From Promethearchaeota archaeon (GTDB taxonomy: Archaea; Asgardarchaeota; Lokiarchaeia; Sigyniarchaeales; SOKP01), in contig JAUVNS010000001.1 of assembly GCA_030599585.1 (NCBI GenBank), forward strand, positions 128,001 through 192,000: 64,000 nt of DNA, in the 5' to 3' direction. The position numbers and the translations under genes were made by a program. Of the stretch, positions 48,540 to 56,663 are shown in pieces (within the stretch, counting starts at the first letter, position 1; every line of letters starts with the position of its first letter). The notes under the pieces are model-generated. The model saw only the letters and a program-made list of their open reading frames with translations, did no database searches and was not told the origin of the DNA.

Positions 48540-50981
48540 CTATAATTTCTTAACTTTCTTGAAATGTGTCATAATTAAAGCGAACACTCCTACTGTAAGA
48601 AATCCGAATGTCATCAAAAGTGGAAAACCAGGAATTAGTTCAGGAATAGCAGATATATATGTAACTGCCATGATAATGGAAAATGGACCTGAACTACCAC
48701 TTAATGGAAAAATAATGGTCAAAGAATTATCTGCATAGTCATAAACAAACATATCAGTTGTTTCTGGAGGAGCTGCGCTCCATTCATTATTACCACTCAT
48801 GTTCCATGCCCAAAAGGTAAGATTAAAGCTATCTAGATCAAAAGAATCATCGAATTTGATATAGAAAGTTAGGTTCGTTAGTCCAGTAGTGTTGGTAATT
48901 AAAAGATCATTATAGTAAAGTACAGTTCCATCAGTGATCGAGGTATCTATAGGATTATAAGCTGAAAGAGCATTTACTACTTCTATACCGGTATTATTAG
49001 TAATGATTTCTATAAATGAGACAGTTATTTCGCTTACATCATCACTAGAGAAGGATATATGACTGGTTCCAGAGCGAAGCGTTTCGTTATACATAGGATA
49101 AATGCTCATATAATTCCAAGTTGTGTCGTCTCCACCCGGTATATTCATCCAACCTCCCATAAAGCTTATTCTTCCACTGGTTGGATCTAGATATGTGTCG
49201 TATTCTTTATTATTCGTCGAATTTCTAAGAAAAACATGATCTTCAGCAAATGTCATTACATCAAACATCCCTCCAAGTAATGCTAAAAGATTTTCAAAAT
49301 CTTCTCCAGTAAAACCTAGAGGTACAAAAAGTGGTGGTGCTGTGCCTCCTGAGTTTCCTGTGCCTCCAAACATAGTATATGGGGAAATTGGCCAGTATAT
49401 ATTCGCGTCAAGAAATTTACCCGTTCCAAAATAAGCCCAAGTGCCTGTTTCTTCGTCAAATACTTCAAAATTAGCAATAATTGCTTTAAAGAATTGCAAT
49501 TCTGGTTGTCCCGGTATTGTAGTAAAAATTCCTCCACTCTCCACTTCCCATATTGTCAAATTAGCAAATTCACTAACGGTAAAAAGAGCTGTTGCTCTCA
49601 TGTACATTCCGCCATCTTGAGAATTTTGTTTATAATAAACAACATCTCCTATTTCTAAGTCCCATTCTACTAATGTTTGGTGCTGTATTTCGTAATAAAG
49701 TTGAACATAACCGTGCTCAAAAATCAGGAATGATTGCACTATTCCAGTTGATTTGTCAATAATGTTATTTACTTTAAAGTCTGTATAAGTGTTTCTTAAA
49801 GTAAACTCAAAGTTTGTATTTTCAATGAGCACGAGATCGTTAAATGGAGCATCCCATATACGAAGCGTGTCAGAATTCCACATGAATTCAATATCTTCCT
49901 TAGTAGTACTATTAGGATATACAAAGTCATAATTAGCGGTTACTACATCATCAAAATATTGGAAATAAAAGTTGTTTGCATACCCTATTATAATATTTGG
50001 CTCTACGACATTATACTCAAATCCATCCCATACAGATAAATTTGCGTAAACTGCTTGGAATACCATGTAAGTGTCGCCTTCCATAAACCCATTATTAGAT
50101 TTAGGAAGCAAAACATCTGCAAAGTTAATAACCTCAACTTTTACATCGTAGGCACTAGTGCTACCTCCAGTCCAGTCATAATAAAAAATGTCTCCAATAG
50201 TAACTCCCCATTCAATCTCGTCAGTTATATCGTAGTCGAGAACTCTTTGTATTGTAAAATTAAGTAGCATTTGCTCACCCATTTCAACCATCATGTATCC
50301 TTCTGCGTATTCTGCGACTCCATCTGTAGCACCATACACGAGGTTAAGATAATAGCCATCAGACGAATTTGTAAAAGATATGGAGTTAGTTGAAAGACCC
50401 GAGGTAAATCCATTAAATTGGTTGAATCTATCAGGAGAAAGTGGATCATAAAACGATTCTTTGAGAATATCGTCTAATACATCAACTTCTAAATTATTCG
50501 ACCCATTTAGGGGTAATATATAAGGTGCAACACCCATTCCTGCTCTGTATTTATGCTTAATGGTGTCTGAGTTGTTATATCCAAATAGCGCAAATTCCAT
50601 TGGATCATCATATGATTCCAGCTCTTGCTCTGAAATATCTCCCGTAACATTGAAATAACATTGAGTAGCGTTAACCTGCGAAAATTCGTTTACTCCTAAC
50701 CAATCAGTTGTCACGTTTTCGATTGAGGTTATGTTATATATCCAAATGTCTTTAAACATCATGGTAACCTCCCCATTTGAAGTGTTAGTAAGGATCATTT
50801 CTACTTCCCAATAAAGCTCGTCTCCAACATCAACACCCCAATGCCATCCATTATATGCATGTTCTTCGGGAACATATGGACCCGCTTTCACTGAAGTAAA
50901 AAGCACACTTAAATTTATAGCGGCTGTGAATGCTAAAAGTATGATTACAGTTGATTTCGTTCTGTTTTTTAAATTATTCAT
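48540..50981 (-). CDS. Large secreted surface glycoprotein with three internal repeats and IPGF-type C-terminal sorting signal
   Basis: Signal peptide; WGVDVGD, WGVTIGD, WDLEIGD repeats; many NxS/T sequons; IPGF + TM + KKVKK. Confidence 0.85.
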   Translation of the reverse strand: MNNLKNRTKSTVIILLAFTAAINLSVLFTSVKAGPYVPEEHAYNGWHWGVDVGDELYWEVEMILTNTSNGEVTMMFKDIWIYNITSIENVTTDWLGVNEFSQVNATQCYFNVTGDISEQELESYDDPMEFALFGYNNSDTIKHKYRAGMGVAPYILPLNGSNNLEVDVLDDILKESFYDPLSPDRFNQFNGFTSGLSTNSISFTNSSDGYYLNLVYGATDGVAEYAEGYMMVEMGEQMLLNFTIQRVLDYDITDEIEWGVTIGDIFYYDWTGGSTSAYDVKVEVINFADVLLPKSNNGFMEGDTYMVFQAVYANLSVWDGFEYNVVEPNIIIGYANNFYFQYFDDVVTANYDFVYPNSTTKEDIEFMWNSDTLRIWDAPFNDLVLIENTNFEFTLRNTYTDFKVNNIIDKSTGIVQSFLIFEHGYVQLYYEIQHQTLVEWDLEIGDVVYYKQNSQDGGMYMRATALFTVSEFANLTIWEVESGGIFTTIPGQPELQFFKAIIANFEVFDEETGTWAYFGTGKFLDANIYWPISPYTMFGGTGNSGGTAPPLFVPLGFTGEDFENLLALLGGMFDVMTFAEDHVFLRNSTNNKEYDTYLDPTSGRISFMGGWMNIPGGDDTTWNYMSIYPMYNETLRSGTSHISFSSDDVSEITVSFIEIITNNTGIEVVNALSAYNPIDTSITDGTVLYYNDLLITNTTGLTNLTFYIKFDDSFDLDSFNLTFWAWNMSGNNEWSAAPPETTDMFVYDYADNSLTIIFPLSGSSGPFSIIMAVTYISAIPELIPGFPLLMTFGFLTVGVFALIMTHFKKVKKL

Positions 50982-51110
50982 AAATTTTAACCCTTTTTCG
51001 TTAAATTTTCAGTTAGCAAAAGCATAAAATTGTAAGTTTAAAAATTCTTGCTATTGCGAATTTTAGAAACTCTACTGGTAAAAGTAAATGTTTTTGAATA
51101 ATTCGCGAAA

Positions 51111-52637
51111 TTAATCATTGGATTTAATTAATTTCAACCAATTTGGATCGATGTTGTTAAGTGCAGCCTCAATTTCTTTTCTTACTGCCCAATCATCGTC
51201 CCATAACGAATTTGCTAAAGAATTTAGCATATTTTTATCTCCTAGTTGTCCTAAAGCTCTTGCGGCGGCGATTCTAATTTTTGGATCGCTGTCTTTAAGC
51301 ATTTCTATAAATGGGGAAATGTCGCTAATGTTTTCGAATTTTCCTAATGCTAAGGCAATCCAACTTTTAATGAAAATATCCTCGTCGTTAATCAAAGGTA
51401 ATAGAGCTTCTAAGCTATCTTCAGTTCCTTGTTTTATTAAGAGCTTAACTGCTGCTCTTTTAGTCTTCCAATTTGAAGAACTCAAGAAAGTCTTTACATC
51501 GTTAAGGTATTTCTGATTTGTCATTTTGGATAAAGCATCAATAGTCACGTCCCGCACTCTATTATCAGGATCGTTTAAAAGATCTATTAATGATGAAATT
51601 TGCTGGTCGTTACCCAACTTTCCTGTTAATTTTACACATAAACTTCTTATTTTCCATTCTTTAGCCTTAAGACCTTCAAGAACTTGATCTGGGACCTTAT
51701 CTTTAGAAATCTGAAGAAGGGAATTGTACGCCAATTTACGAGTTTTATTATCGCTACTCTTAAAAGAATTAATCATATAGTCAACAGCGTTCTCGTCTTC
51801 AAGTAAACCTAAAAGTTTGATTGCTTCCTTCCTCTCTATCATATTCTTGCTATTTGCAACTTCGTAAATTTTTTCATAAGAGTCAATGTTAACACAAATT
51901 CGTTTTAACGATTGAATAGATAACTTTCGTACGTTTTCGTTCTTATTTTTTAATAATTTTAGAAGGGGATCAATTGCTCGTTTACTATTAATTGTACCCA
52001 AAGCTTTGATACTTGCTTTCTTGACTTCCTCATCTGAATCATCAAGTAAATTGATAATTAGTCTTACATCCTTTACTTGAAGTAATTTTTCTAAAGCTTG
52101 AACAGCATTGCGTTTTACTTCAGGATCGTTTTTGTGAAGCAATTCTTTTAAGTAACTAATTGAATCTTCGCATTGAATTTTACCCAGAATAACTGGAATT
52201 GATCTTTTAACGTATAGATTTCCTTTATCAAAGAAGTTTATAATCTCACGTACATCTCCTAATTTTCCTATGTTCACGATTGATTTTATGACATCGTCCC
52301 TTATTTCTAAAGAGGGATTACTTAACATTTCTAATAAGGGTTGTAATGCAGAGAGGATTTTAATTTTACCAAGCGCAATCACCGCGGTTTTTCTAGCCTC
52401 TATAAAATTATCTGTAAGAGCTTCAATTAATATTGGACTTGAAACTTCTGGCACATTACTCGCCGCAACATTGATAATTGTAGCTCGTACCTTACCGTCT
52501 GCCTCATTTCTATATTGCGTAGCAAAAAAACTTAAATTTTTTTTATCAATCAAATTACCTATTGAATTAATCATATCCACTTTATTTTCTGGAACAGATG
52601 CTTTAAGATATTTTTCCTTAAATTCTTGAAATTCCAT
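51111..52637 (-). CDS. HEAT (PBS-lyase-like) repeat protein
   Basis: About 15 repeats of L...L.D....VR..A..ALG. Confidence 0.9.
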   Translation of the reverse strand: MEFQEFKEKYLKASVPENKVDMINSIGNLIDKKNLSFFATQYRNEADGKVRATIINVAASNVPEVSSPILIEALTDNFIEARKTAVIALGKIKILSALQPLLEMLSNPSLEIRDDVIKSIVNIGKLGDVREIINFFDKGNLYVKRSIPVILGKIQCEDSISYLKELLHKNDPEVKRNAVQALEKLLQVKDVRLIINLLDDSDEEVKKASIKALGTINSKRAIDPLLKLLKNKNENVRKLSIQSLKRICVNIDSYEKIYEVANSKNMIERKEAIKLLGLLEDENAVDYMINSFKSSDNKTRKLAYNSLLQISKDKVPDQVLEGLKAKEWKIRSLCVKLTGKLGNDQQISSLIDLLNDPDNRVRDVTIDALSKMTNQKYLNDVKTFLSSSNWKTKRAAVKLLIKQGTEDSLEALLPLINDEDIFIKSWIALALGKFENISDISPFIEMLKDSDPKIRIAAARALGQLGDKNMLNSLANSLWDDDWAVRKEIEAALNNIDPNWLKLIKSND

Positions 52638-52869
52638 TTTACTAATCCTTCTTCCTTTCTTTTCCTTAAAAAAGCGTCTAACTAGAGAATCGAGTGGATA
52701 TTTTTATTTTTAAGTAAATAGATAAATAGAAGTTGTGTCGATTCTGTGTATATATTGGATTTTTATATAGATGAATTTAATCATTAAAAAGATATATTGT
52801 AAAAAACACCGAGTTAGGTGAGGTTTCTTAACCTCTATATAATAAAAGAAAAGTAAAAAAAATAGAAAT

Positions 52870-53136
52870 TTACGAGCTAAGTAGCTGAAAGAGAATCGAA
52901 GCGTGAGGGATATAGAATTGATCCTTCACTTTTATTACGACGGTATGAAAATACTCAGCTAAACCTAAGAAACCTCGAATAACTGATTCGTCTTCCTCAA
53001 ATTTAAAAGTGATTTTTGCTATAGCCGCACTAGCACTGAAGTTGGCTTTTTCATAGACTCTTTCGTCAATTAAGGGGATTTTAAGCTCATTAACAATTTC
53101 ATATACTCGCTTGATGAAGAGTTCTCTCTTGGGAAT
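52870..53136 (-). CDS. 88-aa hypothetical protein with probable ATT start (absent from ORF track)
   Basis: (M)PKRELFIKRVYEIVNELKIPLIDERVYEKANFSASAAIAKITFKFEEDESVIRGFLGLAEYFHTVVIKVKDQFYIPHASILFQLLSS*; AGGTG SD-like motif ~7 nt upstream. Confidence 0.7.
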   Translation of the reverse strand: MPKRELFIKRVYEIVNELKIPLIDERVYEKANFSASAAIAKITFKFEEDESVIRGFLGLAEYFHTVVIKVKDQFYIPHASILFQLLSS

Positions 53137-53394
53137 ATTAAAACACCTATTAATATTGAATACTATTATTAAACTTACAAATGAAATATGATATATAATA
53201 TATTAGATTTGGAACATTTAAGAGTTTTTTTTTAACTGTGAAAAATATTACAAATTGAATTTAAATTAGGAAAATCTATGATACAAATATTATACAAAAA
53301 TAAAAATATAAATTAATAAATTACAATTACTACTATAGCTATATATTATTCATTTAAAATGGATGATTAAAAATTTGGAGGAAATGAACTAACC

Positions 53395-54084
53395 TTGGTT
53401 TCGAAGGAATATAAGAAGATAGAGAGGGTCGTTAATTTTATGAAAAAGGGCTTAACCTCTCTAAGCGATGACTTAGAAGATACTGTTAAAGGGATTAATG
53501 ATTTTGTAAAATCGTTAAACAAAGCCTTGAAAGATTTGAAAGATGTTTCTATTGAACCAGAATTAAAAACTGTTAGTACATCCTCTAAAAAAGTGATAGC
53601 AACTTCGGATGGTATGGCTAAAACTGCAGCAGCGAGCACTTTATTTAGTTTACTAAGCGGTAGCCCTGCTCCAGTACAAGAAATGCCTCCAACTACTGCA
53701 GCTACTGTATCTCCAACAGTAGGTGGGCCTCCTAAAGCTCCTGGAAAGGGTCCTCCAAAAAGACCTGCATCGGGCGCACCTCCAAAAGCACCAAGTAAAG
53801 GTGGACCACCTAAACGAACTAATTTACCTCCAGCACCAAAATTACCCCCCAGTTCTGGTGGTGTATCTGCTCAACCTCCTGTTTCAGGAACTGTGCAAAC
53901 GCCCTCATTCGCTAAGAGACCGATACCGCCAAAAGCACCATCAACAGGCGTTCCATCTCGACCGCCCGGAACTCCTACGGGTCCACCTGCAGCAGCACCT
54001 CAAGCAGGAGGGGGTTTAAGTTCTCTCCGAGATGAAATGTTAGAGGAGTTAAATCGTTTAAAGAAGATTATGAGAGGAGATTAG
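53395..54084 (+). CDS. Coiled-coil + proline-rich protein with C-terminal WH2-like helix (candidate actin regulator)
   Basis: N-term heptads; repeated PPK[AR]P; C-term GGGLSSLRDEMLEELNRLKKI; GGAGG upstream. Confidence 0.8.
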   Translation: MVSKEYKKIERVVNFMKKGLTSLSDDLEDTVKGINDFVKSLNKALKDLKDVSIEPELKTVSTSSKKVIATSDGMAKTAAASTLFSLLSGSPAPVQEMPPTTAATVSPTVGGPPKAPGKGPPKRPASGAPPKAPSKGGPPKRTNLPPAPKLPPSSGGVSAQPPVSGTVQTPSFAKRPIPPKAPSTGVPSRPPGTPTGPPAAAPQAGGGLSSLRDEMLEELNRLKKIMRGD

Positions 54085-54214
54085 TAACTAACTCCTTGTT
54101 TTTTATCTAATACTTATTTTTATACCGTTTTAACCTCGATTTTTACATCTTATAAAATTCATTACTATTAATTCAAAACATTTTTAATCATCGATTATGA
54201 ACTATTTAGTATAG

Positions 54215-54961
54215 ATGGATAAACACAATACTATCATCTGCGAAAACAATATACCAATTGTAGTTCCTAAACGCATAATGGTACTTGCTGGTCATCCAGA
54301 CGATGAAATCATATCTTGTGGTGGCACTCTTCTAAAATACCAAGCTTTCGGATCACAAATAATCGTTGTAGTTGCGACGAGTGGTGTTGGCGGATATGCA
54401 AAAAATAATCAAAAAGAAGGAATTATAAATCAAAGAAAACATGAGCTTGATTCTGTTCGATCAGCGTTGAAGTGTGAAATCATAGAATTAGATTTTCCTG
54501 ATATGGACATAAATAGAGAAAAAATCTCTAAGATAACAAATCTTATTAGAGATATTCAACCTCATGTTGTATTATTGCCTCATCATTCTGATTTTCATCG
54601 AGTGCATCGAAACTTGGCCTTAATTTCAAGAGAAGCAATTTACCATTGTTCGACGGGTAAAGCTTATGGAGGATATGAAAGAAACTGGACTCCATTAGGT
54701 GTGTATTATTACGAAGGACCTTCGTGTAAATTTCAATATATTGAGAGTTCTGTTTTTGTTATAGTAGATATCGAAGAATTTTGGGAGAAGAAAAAAGAGA
54801 TATTTAATATCGCCTACCTTACTCAGAAAGAAGTTTTAGGAAGAGTCATGGAGTGGGCAGAAGATACTGCGATTTTAAGAGGTAACGAAATAAATTCGTC
54901 GTATGGAGAAGCGTATATTCCTGAAACTACCTATACCCCACTTAAGCTTTTATTAGTATAG
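54215..54961 (+). CDS. PIG-L/LmbE family deacetylase
   Basis: GHPDDE...GG, R..E, D.H.VH, YYE. Confidence 0.9.
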   Translation: MDKHNTIICENNIPIVVPKRIMVLAGHPDDEIISCGGTLLKYQAFGSQIIVVVATSGVGGYAKNNQKEGIINQRKHELDSVRSALKCEIIELDFPDMDINREKISKITNLIRDIQPHVVLLPHHSDFHRVHRNLALISREAIYHCSTGKAYGGYERNWTPLGVYYYEGPSCKFQYIESSVFVIVDIEEFWEKKKEIFNIAYLTQKEVLGRVMEWAEDTAILRGNEINSSYGEAYIPETTYTPLKLLLV

Positions 54962-55029
54962 AATAGATATAAAAAGATTAAACATGTTTATTAAATAAGC
55001 GAATAAATTGCTAAAATTAATCTGACATT

Positions 55030-56145
55030 ATGGGCAATCTTACTGTTGTTTTAGACATTGGACAGTTTTCAGCTAAAGCGGGTTTTGCTGGTGAAGATAT
55101 GCCAAGCCAAGTATTCTTCACCATCGTAGGAAAGCCAAAATATAGACAAATTGATTACGAATATGGAATGGTTCGAAAAGACGACTATTATGTAGGAGAT
55201 GAGATTCAATCTTTAGGGTTATACAAAGTGCTTCACCCTATTAATAAAGGCATAATACAAGACTGGGTTTCATTCGGAAAAATAATTGATTATATCTTCT
55301 ATAATTTAAGAGTCGACCCTAGTTTAGTAAATGTCTTATTTGCCGTCCATCCTTTGTTTCCTCATAATGATTTAAAAAAGCTATTTGAATTATTTTTGGA
55401 ACATTATCAATGTAATGCTTTTTATCCGGTATTAGATTCTATGCTCACTTTGTATGCAGGAGGATTTCGAACAGGTTTGGTAATAGAGATCGGAGATAGT
55501 CTGACAAGAATAGTCCCAATCTATGAAGGTTATAAACTAGATCACGCAATTAGAATTCTTGAAATTGGCGGAAGAACTCTCACAAAATTTATGGAAAAAA
55601 TATTAGGTGCAAAAGGGTATTCGTCAGATTCTTCAATAAGAAGAGAACTCGTCAGGGCCTTAAAGGAAAAAGCATGTTTTGTCTCCCTCGATTACAAAGA
55701 AGATTTGAAGAGAGTTGAACAATATGAAAAAGAATATTCCTTGCCGGATGGCTCAACGATTTCTTTAGCTAGAGAGAGATTCGAAGTTCCGGAATTATTA
55801 TTTAGCCCTTCAATGGAATTAGAGGAAAAATCTCTCCCAGAAGCAATTATGGATGTAATTGAAATGTGTGACTTAGATGTCCGTCCAGATTTACTAAACA
55901 ATATTTTTTTGTCGGGAGGGTCTTCGATGTTTCCAAATCTCAAGTCTCGAATCTATCAAGAATTAGAAATTGAATTGGCGAGGCGTAAAAAGAAAAGCCA
56001 AGTCATCAAAATAATTGCACCCCGGGAAAGAATTTTCTCAGTTTGGGTAGGAGGATCGATTTTAGCAATGATTCCCGAATTCGAGCAGAACTGGATAACC
56101 AGAGCAAAATATTTTACTGATGGTATTCCTGAAGATATTCTATAA
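55030..56145 (+). CDS. Actin-related protein (divergent Asgard actin homolog)
   Basis: DIG...KAGFAGED.P, YVGDE, VPIYEGY, GGRTLT, LKEK.CFV, Y.LPDG, ERF.VPE.LF.P, LSGGSSMFP, SVWVGGSILA. Confidence 0.95.
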   Translation: MGNLTVVLDIGQFSAKAGFAGEDMPSQVFFTIVGKPKYRQIDYEYGMVRKDDYYVGDEIQSLGLYKVLHPINKGIIQDWVSFGKIIDYIFYNLRVDPSLVNVLFAVHPLFPHNDLKKLFELFLEHYQCNAFYPVLDSMLTLYAGGFRTGLVIEIGDSLTRIVPIYEGYKLDHAIRILEIGGRTLTKFMEKILGAKGYSSDSSIRRELVRALKEKACFVSLDYKEDLKRVEQYEKEYSLPDGSTISLARERFEVPELLFSPSMELEEKSLPEAIMDVIEMCDLDVRPDLLNNIFLSGGSSMFPNLKSRIYQELEIELARRKKKSQVIKIIAPRERIFSVWVGGSILAMIPEFEQNWITRAKYFTDGIPEDIL

Positions 56146-56270
56146 ATCGCCGCTTAAGATTCAAGCATCTGTTTTTCAAAGTATTATTGTAATATTACAA
56201 GCGTATTACAGTTTTTTAAAAATATTATTCTGATATTATATTTTAGTGTAATTTCATCTTAATTGGAGGA

Positions 56271-56642
56271 ATGAAAATGGAAGAACCTCAGAATACTAGT
56301 TTTGAACAAACCAAAGTTCTAAAAAAATATTACAAACCTAACTACTCTCAATTATTTAATAAGATAAAAGACATTAAAACTCCGGTAAAAAATGAAATAT
56401 TAATGTCTTTACTTGATGGGAATTGGCATACTGAATTAGATTTAATAAGAGTAGCTAAGCAGAAAATGAGATATTTGGGAGCTGTTACCTTAGGGACAAT
56501 GATTCACTCTTTAAATCACCATCTAAAGAACGATTACCTTGAAAAGAAAATGATAAACGGAAAGCTATCTTACAGAATCTCAGATAATTATGTTGGGCTA
56601 ACTCGAGCGGCATACAACAAATATAGGTTTAAAATGGACTAA
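56271..56642 (+). CDS. Small basic protein, probably winged-helix
   Basis: ILMSLLDGNWHTELDLIR..., C-terminal beta-wing YRIS. Confidence 0.6.
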   Translation: MKMEEPQNTSFEQTKVLKKYYKPNYSQLFNKIKDIKTPVKNEILMSLLDGNWHTELDLIRVAKQKMRYLGAVTLGTMIHSLNHHLKNDYLEKKMINGKLSYRISDNYVGLTRAAYNKYRFKMD

Positions 56643-56663
56643 CTTCTAATCAATTTTCTTTTT

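Noticed and set aside
55030-56145. Calling it Lokiactin
   Set aside because: Too divergent at P1/P2 loops, catalytic positions and C-terminus
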